DNA from: a virus
Virus record (IMG/VR): IMGVR_UViG_3300011113_000123
Span: 64,001 to 128,000 of that record
Length of the DNA: 64,000 nt
Strand: one strand, 5' to 3'
Shown here: piece after piece, positions 55,533 through 63,349 of the stretch
Layout: every line of letters begins with the position of its first letter
How positions within the stretch are numbered: position 1 is the first letter of the stretch
Translations under genes and position numbers: made by a program
Notes under the pieces: model-generated
Databases searched by the model: none
Told to the model about the DNA's origin: nothing
The model's input: only the letters and a program-made list of their open reading frames with translations

Positions 55533-55881
55533 ACTTAGCCTCGTGGTTGATCTGGACCACACACTATGCGTTGGCGATCTTAGTATAGCGAGTTCAGCTG
55601 AACGATACGCCAACGCAAAGCCAATTGCAGAAACAATCAAGAAATTACAAGAAGCGTACAGTAACGGCTGGTACATCACCATTCTTACTGCACGTCATAT
55701 GCGTTCTTGTCAAAACGATGCAGAGTTTGCGTTCGAGAAGCTAGGTAAGATCACTGAAGACTGGCTTGATCGACACGACGTTCCCTTCGATCAGCTTGTC
55801 TTTGGTAAGCCATATGGTATGTGGTACATCGACGATAAAGCAATGACACTGGATACCTTCCTACATGAATTCCAAGCCTAA
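55525..55881 (+). CDS. small HAD phosphatase (capsule-biosynthesis phosphatase type)
   Basis: DLDHT, TAR, FGKP, YIDDKA; probable TTG start. Confidence 0.85.
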   Translation: MFELSLVVDLDHTLCVGDLSIASSAERYANAKPIAETIKKLQEAYSNGWYITILTARHMRSCQNDAEFAFEKLGKITEDWLDRHDVPFDQLVFGKPYGMWYIDDKAMTLDTFLHEFQA

Positions 55882-56695
55882 GATTATCATCACTACGTTC
55901 ATGCGCGAGGACAAGCAGAAAGCTGTGTTCCAGATTCCTGCTTCGCTGCATGAAAACGTTTATATGTTCACTCGCGAAGATCGCGTCGATGAGCTGCGTA
56001 AGTATGTTCCCGAAACGATTCGCATCATCGGTAATCCGATGGATATCGACGGTATCGCTGATATCCGTCAGCGTTGTATCGATCATGTTCCGAAGGGTAA
56101 GGTGTGGTTCATCGACGATCTCGCTACGTTTGGTTGGCGCGATCAGAATCTAAAGCAGTTCAACGATATGCCCGAGCAGAAGTTCGTTGAGATGTATGCC
56201 ACGCTCGACAAAATGCTCGACGACTATATGCAAGTCGGTTTCTCAGCTCGTGGTGGCAACAATCACGTGACTGATCCGTTCAAGGAAGTTGGTCGTGCAT
56301 ACACCACATATGGATTGCGCTCAGACTGGATGGAGCGTGAGGATATTCGATTCGATGGTATGTATCGACAGAATCCTAACGTGAAGCTCTACGAAGACTA
56401 CTGGATCACGCTCTCCATGCTGACCAAGGGTTTCAAGAACGCTATCATCTACGACTATTTCTTCAACTACACTCACAACAACACAGGCGGCAATTCTACG
56501 TTCCGTACGCTAGAACTCCAGGAGCAAGCCGCTCACGAACTCCATAGACACTTCCCACAATTCGTCACAGTAGAAACGAAGGAAGGGGTATGGGGAAAGA
56601 TGGGCATGGAGAATCGTAAGGAAGTTCGCATTCAATGGCAGAAAGCATATCAAAGCTCACAGGTCACTAACACGCTCGACTCGTTCTTCGAATAA
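55865..56695 (+). CDS. TET-associated (TAGT-like) GT-A glycosyltransferase
   Basis: GIADIRQ, FIDD, YEDY, GGNSTFR, KEVRIQWQKAY; in an operon with TET/JBP. Confidence 0.8.
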   Translation: MNSKPKIIITTFMREDKQKAVFQIPASLHENVYMFTREDRVDELRKYVPETIRIIGNPMDIDGIADIRQRCIDHVPKGKVWFIDDLATFGWRDQNLKQFNDMPEQKFVEMYATLDKMLDDYMQVGFSARGGNNHVTDPFKEVGRAYTTYGLRSDWMEREDIRFDGMYRQNPNVKLYEDYWITLSMLTKGFKNAIIYDYFFNYTHNNTGGNSTFRTLELQEQAAHELHRHFPQFVTVETKEGVWGKMGMENRKEVRIQWQKAYQSSQVTNTLDSFFE

Positions 56696-56706
56696 CAGGA
56701 AATCCT

Positions 56707-57159
56707 ATGAACACCGGAATAGGCTATGTCGAATATCGTAATCTGTTTGAGGGCATCCGTAGAGAAAAGCCAGGAGACGAAAGATATCTAATCTACTTCG
56801 GTCGAGCCCATGTTCAAGATCACATAACTAAAGTTGTTTCTAGGGGCCCACTGAAGATTGGTCGAGGAAAGTTCGCAACTGCTCTGATGCGCGGGAGGAA
56901 TCAGCCTGGAGTAGACTTTCGCATATATTCAGAAATCATCGTTCCTTACAATCAAGACACATACGATTGTGAACAACTGATAAAGTCTGTTCTGAAACAT
57001 CGTAACATGAAGATGTCGCAGAACCAGCAGGAACTTTATGATATCAGAGACGAAGAGCTCGAACAAACAGTCAGCGCGATAGTTGAAATCATAAAGGCAG
57101 AAATGCCTGACATCAAGCTGCTGGAAGTTAACAACTACTTTCTAAAAAAGGAAACCTAA
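56707..57159 (+). CDS. hypothetical protein, possible GIY-YIG/T5orf172-like nuclease
   Basis: YLIYF...LKIGRG...R...CEQ...ELY spacing. Confidence 0.45.
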   Translation: MNTGIGYVEYRNLFEGIRREKPGDERYLIYFGRAHVQDHITKVVSRGPLKIGRGKFATALMRGRNQPGVDFRIYSEIIVPYNQDTYDCEQLIKSVLKHRNMKMSQNQQELYDIRDEELEQTVSAIVEIIKAEMPDIKLLEVNNYFLKKET

Positions 57160-57533
57160 TGGACACTCTCATGACCGCAGTGCAAATCGTGATTGCCCTT
57201 GGTATCGGTTACTTCGTAGGTAAGATACTCGCAGGATTCGTTAGCGCATATTTTGCAAAGAACGAAGAACCTGTTATGATTGGAAGTGTGTCTGGTGATG
57301 ACGTACTGGATTTCGATAAGAGCGAAGTCCCGTTCATTCCTGTTCGTATCATTAAAGAGCACAACCAGTATTACGCTTGGTTCTCTGTGAACGAAAAGTT
57401 CATTGGTCAGGCGACTACCATCGAAGAGATCCATAAAGCGGCTTATGAGCAGGTTCTCAGGCAGATGGGGCTTCGGTGCGTGTTCACCCAGGAAAAGATC
57501 AAGGCTAAGCCCAAGACGAAAAAAGGGCCTTGA
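57159..57533 (+). CDS. membrane-anchored hypothetical protein
   Basis: N-terminal TM. Confidence 0.7.
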   Translation: MDTLMTAVQIVIALGIGYFVGKILAGFVSAYFAKNEEPVMIGSVSGDDVLDFDKSEVPFIPVRIIKEHNQYYAWFSVNEKFIGQATTIEEIHKAAYEQVLRQMGLRCVFTQEKIKAKPKTKKGP

Positions 57534-57558
57534 CAATTAATCCATAGTCAGCTACAAT
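57530..57558 (+). promoter_or_regulatory. early sigma70 promoter
   Basis: TTGACA-N17-TACAAT. Confidence 0.8.
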
Positions 57559-57584
57559 TAAGAGTTAGCTATGGAGAAACGTAA

Positions 57585-57869
57585 ATGTCAAAAGTAAACG
57601 CGCTAGTTTCCAAGTATAACGCCCCTAAAGCTAAGTATAAGGGTGGTGTAGCTAAGTTCGATCCTAGTAAAAAATGGGTCGAATATAGCTTAGATTTAAT
57701 CGAAGCCAAGCGTTTACTTCAAGTCGCTGATTTTACTACTAAATTCGACCTAGTAAAAGTAATAAATCAAATCGAGAATAAAGTAAAGTTCCACGAAAAT
57801 CATGTAGATTTTGATTTCAATTCTGCGCTAAGAAACTTACGTTTAGCTCGCAAATTGTTACGTATGTAA
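57585..57869 (+). CDS. basic hypothetical early protein with skewed composition
   Basis: GGAG RBS; TA-rich, TG/CA-poor. Confidence 0.7.
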   Translation: MSKVNALVSKYNAPKAKYKGGVAKFDPSKKWVEYSLDLIEAKRLLQVADFTTKFDLVKVINQIENKVKFHENHVDFDFNSALRNLRLARKLLRM

Positions 57870-57950
57870 CGAATTTTGATACAAAAAAGATCAAAAAACT
57901 TTCCCTAGTGAAATCAGTGACTTACGTATAAGCTACTGATTTTGCTAGGG
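57866..57950 (+). repeat. A-tract + IHF-consensus element, copy 2, within an inverted repeat
   Basis: AATCAGTGACTTA (57912-57924) facing TAAGCTACTGATT (57929-57941), flanked by CCCTAG/CTAGGG. Confidence 0.75.
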
Positions 57951-57971
57951 TTTTTTCTTAGGGTAGCGCCA

Positions 57972-58000
57972 TTGACAATCAGCCAGGAACCCCGTAGAAT
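57972..58000 (+). promoter_or_regulatory. early sigma70 promoter
   Basis: TTGACA-N17-TAGAAT. Confidence 0.8.
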
Positions 58001-58030
58001 GTAAATATGATGAATCGAAAGGGAAATCAA

Positions 58031-58276
58031 ATGGAATACGAATCTTTCTTCGAGAACGCCCGCCTTGCTCGCGCCAAAGAGCGCGCCGCGAAGCTCGAAC
58101 TGATCGCTGCTGTCGAGCAGTATAGCATCCTGCTGGACAACTACGAGCTCCAGCCTGACAATCACTCCAAGAAAGCGTTGCAGGATTTCCTGAAGCGATT
58201 CCCGAATATCGCGAACTACGATTCCAAGGGTAACTGGATTGGAAACGTTCGTAACGAAAATGGTTGGGTTGCGTGA
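58031..58276 (+). CDS. hypothetical early protein
   Basis: own promoter and AAAGGGA RBS. Confidence 0.7.
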   Translation: MEYESFFENARLARAKERAAKLELIAAVEQYSILLDNYELQPDNHSKKALQDFLKRFPNIANYDSKGNWIGNVRNENGWVA

Positions 58277-58277
58277 C

Positions 58278-58306
58278 TTGACAATCAGCCACTAGCCAGG
58301 TAGAAT
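58278..58306 (+). promoter_or_regulatory. early sigma70 promoter
   Basis: TTGACA-N17-TAGAAT. Confidence 0.8.
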
Positions 58307-58330
58307 GAACATATGATGAAAGGAAACGAC

Positions 58331-58666
58331 ATGAATATCGCCTCTGACCTCGAAGCCGCCCTCCAGAAGTATATCGCCCACATTAAGGCTGACTATGCCG
58401 GCTGGGGCGAGCGTTCGACTATTCGCGAAGAGATGATCCGCGAGTTCGACGCCTCCGTTCGCTACGAGCTTCATCGTAAGTTTATCAAGGTTATCACTGG
58501 ACCGCAGACTGGCGTTCACTCGTTTATCATGCTGGCTGACGACGGTAAGTTCAAGCGCGGCGACATTCTCAAGGCGGCTAGCTGGAAAGCTCCGGCTAAG
58601 AACTTCGCTCGTGGTAATGTGCTGGCTGGACAGCTTGATCGTGTCCGTTGGACGGGAGCTCTCTAA
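58331..58666 (+). CDS. conserved phage early protein
   Basis: VHSFI...GDILKAASWKAPAKNFARGNV. Confidence 0.8.
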   Translation: MNIASDLEAALQKYIAHIKADYAGWGERSTIREEMIREFDASVRYELHRKFIKVITGPQTGVHSFIMLADDGKFKRGDILKAASWKAPAKNFARGNVLAGQLDRVRWTGAL

Positions 58667-58896
58667 TGAAATATGATCTGGCTAAAGTCACCAAGGTTTA
58701 TATGGGCAAGGATCGCCACTGTCGGTGCGGTTGTGGTGGCGAATACGTGGAACGCGGCGACGCCAAGTTCGACCTTCGCTTGAAGCGGTTCATTAAGATG
58801 TGGTGCGACTACACTCCCGCTCAAGATGACATGGGCGACAACTCGCTGAACGTTTCCTATGGGCAGAATCGTGCTCTTACCGTTTATTTCGACTAG
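58666..58896 (+). CDS. hypothetical protein with CRCGCGG motif
   Basis: TAATG coupling. Confidence 0.7.
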   Translation: MKYDLAKVTKVYMGKDRHCRCGCGGEYVERGDAKFDLRLKRFIKMWCDYTPAQDDMGDNSLNVSYGQNRALTVYFD

Positions 58897-58900
58897 GCCC

Positions 58901-58929
58901 TTGACAACCACGTCTGCTCGGTATAGAAT
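58901..58929 (+). promoter_or_regulatory. early sigma70 promoter
   Basis: TTGACA-N17-TAGAAT. Confidence 0.8.
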
Positions 58930-58953
58930 GATCATATGGTGAAAGGAAACGAC

Positions 58954-59190
58954 ATGACCGCTGCTGAAGTTCTCCGCCTTGTCGCTAAGGTTAATTTCAT
59001 CAAGATGGATGATCTTGACCGCGAAGCGTATTCTGGCGTCGAGTCTGACGACGCGATGATCGGCTATAATCTCGTCATCGACGACCATGAAGTTGAGTAC
59101 GTCATTATCCTTGACGGAAATAAAGTTTGCCTTATTAACGAAGAAGGCTATGAATCTCAGTACATCCTCGGTGACAATATCTTCGCTTAA
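58954..59190 (+). CDS. acidic hypothetical early protein
   Basis: GAAAGGAAACGAC-ATG leader. Confidence 0.7.
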   Translation: MTAAEVLRLVAKVNFIKMDDLDREAYSGVESDDAMIGYNLVIDDHEVEYVIILDGNKVCLINEEGYESQYILGDNIFA

Positions 59191-59208
59191 TCCAACCTGG
59201 AGATTGCT

Positions 59209-59388
59209 ATGACTGTCAATGAAGCCGTTGCTCTCGCTGCCCGCCTCGAGTCGCTTATCCGCCGCGCTGATATGTTTGGTAAGGATCGCACCTGCATCCT
59301 CGAAGAAATCAACGATATCGCGTTTGACTTGCGCGACTATGCTGACCGCCTTGACGAGGCTATGGAGGAGTTGCTCTGTGATGAGTGA
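59209..59388 (+). CDS. 59-aa hypothetical protein (not in track)
   Basis: GGAG RBS, MTVNEAVALAARLE. Confidence 0.65.
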   Translation: MTVNEAVALAARLESLIRRADMFGKDRTCILEEINDIAFDLRDYADRLDEAMEELLCDE

Positions 59389-59584
59389 TACGTTCCTATC
59401 TGCTGAACCAGTTTCTTCTCGCGAGGAAATCATACAAGAGTTGTATGATCGTTTGCGCGCTGTTCGTCGAGCACTCGACGCGAAGTTTCCAGTCTACGAC
59501 GACTTTGAAGTAGGTATCAATTGTCGTTTGGCTAACGAAGAGATGTGGCTGGAAGATCTACTCGATAAGATCGAAAGGAGCTGA
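59381..59584 (+). CDS. hypothetical protein
   Basis: GGAGGAG RBS before MSDTFL. Confidence 0.65.
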   Translation: MSDTFLSAEPVSSREEIIQELYDRLRAVRRALDAKFPVYDDFEVGINCRLANEEMWLEDLLDKIERS

Positions 59585-59586
59585 GC

Positions 59587-59751
59587 ATGAAGTATAGAAT
59601 CGCTTTCGCCGCTGCGCTTGGGTTCGTGTTCACGGGCGTATGTCTGTTCGTGTTTGGTACGGAGTATGGTATGATCGTGGGTCTTCTGGGTTCAGCTGTT
59701 CTAGGTTTTGTCAGCGATGGTATCTATAATCGTATATTCGGAGCACGGTAA
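59587..59751 (+). CDS. 54-aa membrane protein (not in track)
   Basis: AAGGAG RBS, two TM segments. Confidence 0.65.
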   Translation: MKYRIAFAAALGFVFTGVCLFVFGTEYGMIVGLLGSAVLGFVSDGIYNRIFGAR

Positions 59752-59969
59752 TGCCTTACAAGGAAGTATGGGTCGACGAAGACGATATCAAAGATTTCCA
59801 TGACGATGATCTTGTCGACGAGCTTGAACGTCGTGGATATATCGTCATGCGAAAGGGTACCAGCGAAGACCTGCTGTTCAAGATCAAGCAGTCATATATA
59901 ATTGACTCACCCGATGACTTCCGTAAGTTCATCGAGCAATTTCTAAAAGATCATGGGCATCATGTATGA
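59751..59969 (+). CDS. hypothetical protein
   Basis: coupled ORF. Confidence 0.7.
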   Translation: MPYKEVWVDEDDIKDFHDDDLVDELERRGYIVMRKGTSEDLLFKIKQSYIIDSPDDFRKFIEQFLKDHGHHV

Positions 59970-60208
59970 CTAACAGAGAAATGATTCAGACTCGGTTCTA
60001 CGAGTTTATCTTTAAATCTATGGACGACATGCGGACTCTGAATCCTGAGCTCAAGGAAGCAGAGGCTGCATATATCGTCATGACTGCTGCGTTCGACGCT
60101 CTTTCCAAGACGTGGATGAACGCATACGGCGCGAAGTACATGGCTGAATACTTTTATCGAGTTGCAGATCAGTATGTCGATCTTTCTAATGAGGAAGTTG
60201 CTAGATGA
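59966..60208 (+). CDS. hypothetical protein
   Basis: coupled ORF. Confidence 0.7.
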   Translation: MTNREMIQTRFYEFIFKSMDDMRTLNPELKEAEAAYIVMTAAFDALSKTWMNAYGAKYMAEYFYRVADQYVDLSNEEVAR

Positions 60209-60798
60209 CTAAGATTATCGGAATCTGTGGATTGATTGGCTCTGGTAAGAATACCGCAGCTGAGCATCTCATGCGCGAACATGATTACCTTGGTATTTCC
60301 TTCGCTGAAACGCTGAAGGACGCAGCAGCCTGCATCTTTGGCTGGGATCGTGATATGCTTGAAGGCGCGACAGCAGCAGATCGTCAGACGCGCGAGCTCA
60401 AGGATGAATGGTGGAGCGAACGGCTAGGCTTTGATGTTTCGCCGCGTTATATGCTACAGTTTCTCGGAACTGAAGTGATGCGCAACAATCTCCATACTGA
60501 TATCTGGGTGTTGGCTACCGAGCGGCACATCATCGAAATGGCGCAGGACTATCCTTGGGCTAAGTTCGTGATCAGTGACGTTCGTTTCCCTAACGAAGTA
60601 GCCATGATCCGTAGGCTTGGCGGAAAGGTTATTCACGTTCGTCGTGGCGATCTTCCCGAGTGGTTTGGTCAAGACCCCGAAGATATCCATGCGTCAGAAA
60701 CTGCGTGGAACAACGAACGCTTCGACGCCACGATTCGTAATGATGGCACAGTTGAAGAGTTGAATCAAAACATTGACAATCTGCTCAAAGAGTGGTAG
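60205..60798 (+). CDS. 1: deoxynucleoside monophosphate kinase (gp1-like)
   Basis: GLIGSGKNT, SFAETLK, PRYMLQFLGTE, ISDVRFPNE, HASE. Confidence 0.92.
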   Translation: MTKIIGICGLIGSGKNTAAEHLMREHDYLGISFAETLKDAAACIFGWDRDMLEGATAADRQTRELKDEWWSERLGFDVSPRYMLQFLGTEVMRNNLHTDIWVLATERHIIEMAQDYPWAKFVISDVRFPNEVAMIRRLGGKVIHVRRGDLPEWFGQDPEDIHASETAWNNERFDATIRNDGTVEELNQNIDNLLKEW

Positions 60799-60801
60799 AA
60801 T
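60773..60801 (+). promoter_or_regulatory. sigma70 promoter
   Basis: TTGACA-N17-TAGAAT. Confidence 0.75.
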
Positions 60802-60824
60802 ATATGTAATGATGGAGCTTGGTT

Positions 60825-61205
60825 ATGAACGTTGGCGATGTGGTTACCATTCGAGTTCGCGATTGTCGTAATGCCTCGATCTACGCGGCTGGCGTAGTGC
60901 GTGAGTTCAGTGAGTATACGGGCAAGATCCTGGATAATCCTAAGTGGGTATCCAGCGATTCCGTTTGCATTTCAACGGGCGATACTGCGTTCCCGTTCCG
61001 TATCATCGATCGCGAGCGCATCGTCAGTCTGAACGAAGCTCCTGTTATCCATACGCCTGTTGCTACTCGCAGCGAAACTTTCATTGTCCCAGGCTCCAAG
61101 CCAGGAGCCACGTATACTGTCACGCGCGATGGCTCCGCCTGGAGCTGCACTTGCGTTGGCTTTGGTTTCCGTAAAGACTGCAAGCATATCAGGGAGTGCA
61201 AGTGA
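60825..61205 (+). CDS. SWIM zinc-finger protein
   Basis: WSCTCVGFGFRKDCKHI. Confidence 0.82.
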   Translation: MNVGDVVTIRVRDCRNASIYAAGVVREFSEYTGKILDNPKWVSSDSVCISTGDTAFPFRIIDRERIVSLNEAPVIHTPVATRSETFIVPGSKPGATYTVTRDGSAWSCTCVGFGFRKDCKHIRECK

Positions 61206-61486
61206 TGAGATACTCGTTGATCCGTGAACGCGATGGTGTTGGTGACTCTGGTCCTATGTGTCAGATTCTAGACTATGAATCATGGAAACCGATTGAAGGC
61301 GAAACGTATCCGCGAGTAGGATGCGGTGTTCGTGTTGGTTCATACATCGCTCGCACATATAGTGGACAGGATTGGTGGCAGTGTACTCCTATCACAGAAA
61401 TCCTTGAAGAGTCTGTAGATGATGAAGGCTATAGGACTGTGAGGTTCAAGACTCGTAACTCTGTCTATACCTGGAAGGAGTTTTGA
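61205..61486 (+). CDS. hypothetical protein
   Basis: WWQCTPITEI...FKTRNSVY. Confidence 0.7.
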   Translation: MRYSLIRERDGVGDSGPMCQILDYESWKPIEGETYPRVGCGVRVGSYIARTYSGQDWWQCTPITEILEESVDDEGYRTVRFKTRNSVYTWKEF

Positions 61487-61487
61487 T

Positions 61488-61817
61488 ATGACGCACTCCA
61501 TGAAAGAGATGAACACTCGTTTGCTTTCTGATGGTATTAAGAAAGACGTTGACGATAACAGAATCGTATACTATAAGAACGAAGTAGAGATCCTGCTGAA
61601 AGAGATTGCTCGTCTACGTGAAAAGTGCGATCGCCAGGCTCATATCCTTCGTAGGCTGACGCCCGAGAGTTATCCAGGAACTATGTTTATCTCAGGTGTT
61701 CTGGGAAAGACTGATCAGAATCGTATGCCAGAGAAGCTGCTTGTAGTGCCTGGTTATGGTGTTGAGTTTGCATACGTCTATGAGCGCACTGATAAAACGT
61801 TTGGCGCGGAGTGGTAA
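61488..61817 (+). CDS. hypothetical protein
   Basis: AAGGAG RBS. Confidence 0.7.
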   Translation: MTHSMKEMNTRLLSDGIKKDVDDNRIVYYKNEVEILLKEIARLREKCDRQAHILRRLTPESYPGTMFISGVLGKTDQNRMPEKLLVVPGYGVEFAYVYERTDKTFGAEW

Positions 61818-62068
61818 TGTTTACGCCATACGAAAAAGAACACTACGACTTTCTTGACAGTCTGATGTTCGAACTGTATGATGAACAGACTCGCAACCTG
61901 ATCTATGACTTCTATGATAAGTATGATGTGAAAGCATATCTTCCTCGACAGCTGGATCGAAAGAACTGGCTTGAGTACATCATCGAGTTTAGAGAACTGT
62001 CACTGTCTACCGATAGGTTTAAGATAGTTATCGAAGGTGATAGACATTCTATATGGAAGATTGACTGA
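61817..62068 (+). CDS. hypothetical protein
   Basis: coupled ORF. Confidence 0.65.
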   Translation: MFTPYEKEHYDFLDSLMFELYDEQTRNLIYDFYDKYDVKAYLPRQLDRKNWLEYIIEFRELSLSTDRFKIVIEGDRHSIWKID

Positions 62069-62271
62069 TGAATAACAACATAGTGAATTTTCCTGATAAC
62101 AAGATTGTTCGTGAGGTAACAGCAGTCTCATTTGAGAAGATACAGAAGTTCATTCTGTATCATAAGATTGCAGAAGAATGTGATGCAGAATTTGGTGACT
62201 CTGGAACAGTCGTTTTTCCTAATATAAATTGTTTCGAAAAGTTCTGTGAGAAACTATTGGAGTCAAAATGA
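62068..62271 (+). CDS. hypothetical protein
   Basis: coupled ORF. Confidence 0.6.
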   Translation: MNNNIVNFPDNKIVREVTAVSFEKIQKFILYHKIAEECDAEFGDSGTVVFPNINCFEKFCEKLLESK

Positions 62272-62483
62272 TTGACGAACAACTGTATAAAGACACAGAT
62301 GTCAGAGTGATCGATCAGCGTATTGGTATGGGTATCGGTGGTCTCAATACAGTTGTTCGTCTGTATCATAAGCCGACTGGTATTCTGATTGAGATGCCTA
62401 AACTACTTAGTAGTGATTACTACAATAAAATGCTGGCGTTTGAGATGCTGCAACATGCTCTAACAAAGTTGGCGGGTGAATGA
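62268..62483 (+). CDS. mini-protein resembling release-factor domain 3, lacking GGQ
   Basis: DVRV...GGLNTVVRLYHKPTGILIE...S.YYNK..A..ML. Confidence 0.6.
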   Translation: MIDEQLYKDTDVRVIDQRIGMGIGGLNTVVRLYHKPTGILIEMPKLLSSDYYNKMLAFEMLQHALTKLAGE

Positions 62484-62707
62484 GATACTTTTCATACAAC
62501 GAATATGTCGAAGACGCTAATGCTAACTCAGTTGTTACACTGTCAGAAGAAGACATTCGCAGAGATTACTGGACATTTTGGTACGGTAAGATGTGTGAAA
62601 AGTATGGCAAAGAGCATGTTGATGCTACTTATTGTTTTGAAGACTGCTTAGATGATTGGATTGTAGTCAATTGGGCATGGGAGGTGAGCGATGAGCGACA
62701 CAGTTAG
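62480..62707 (+). CDS. hypothetical protein
   Basis: coupled ORF. Confidence 0.7.
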   Translation: MRYFSYNEYVEDANANSVVTLSEEDIRRDYWTFWYGKMCEKYGKEHVDATYCFEDCLDDWIVVNWAWEVSDERHS

Positions 62708-62906
62708 AATTGAATACATGATGCTCAGTGAGCAAGGAATCGTTATCATGAACTGGACCACAGCTCAGGGTGGCGTTGAAAACAACCCGCAGATCTACGT
62801 TCCCCGCGCATTGGATGTGAAACGCAGTCTCAGCCCTAATCCTAGCACTAGTCGCGTCCGTGTTATCAGCGAACAAACTAACCGTATTGTGGATATGTTC
62901 CCATGA
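62691..62906 (+). CDS. hypothetical protein
   Basis: GGAGGT RBS. Confidence 0.7.
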   Translation: MSDTVRIEYMMLSEQGIVIMNWTTAQGGVENNPQIYVPRALDVKRSLSPNPSTSRVRVISEQTNRIVDMFP

Positions 62907-63349
62907 GTGAAGATAATCTCGATGATGCCCTTGAAGGGCTTCGACAAGCATTCGCAGACCATGACGCGGAACTTGCTAAGATGGCCGACGAATGCGATCC
63001 AGAAGTCAAGCTCGCTGTGACTAAATGGGTTATGAAGCACATCGTCGAGCACGCGCGCGAGGGAGGCAGCTATCGCTATCTCATCTATGATCGACTGGGC
63101 TTTGGTCCAGAAGCATACGCTCCGCTTTGCTCTGATGGGCTGACTATCAGCAACGAGTTTGATCTCGATACTGTTCCGCAAGCTCGTGCGGCTTTGGCTG
63201 CTGGAGATCATGACGAGCTGAAGAAAATCTTGAGCTGCTGCGATGAGCCAGGATGCTACGACGAAATCAGCGCGGGATGGCCATCTCCTAACGGATATCG
63301 CAGCACCTGCAGCAAACACTATCAAGAAGGAAATCGCAAGGATGAATGA
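62903..63349 (+). CDS. hypothetical protein with C-terminal Cys/His cluster
   Basis: GSYRYLIYDRLGFG; CDEPGC...CSKH. Confidence 0.7.
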   Translation: MSEDNLDDALEGLRQAFADHDAELAKMADECDPEVKLAVTKWVMKHIVEHAREGGSYRYLIYDRLGFGPEAYAPLCSDGLTISNEFDLDTVPQARAALAAGDHDELKKILSCCDEPGCYDEISAGWPSPNGYRSTCSKHYQEGNRKDE

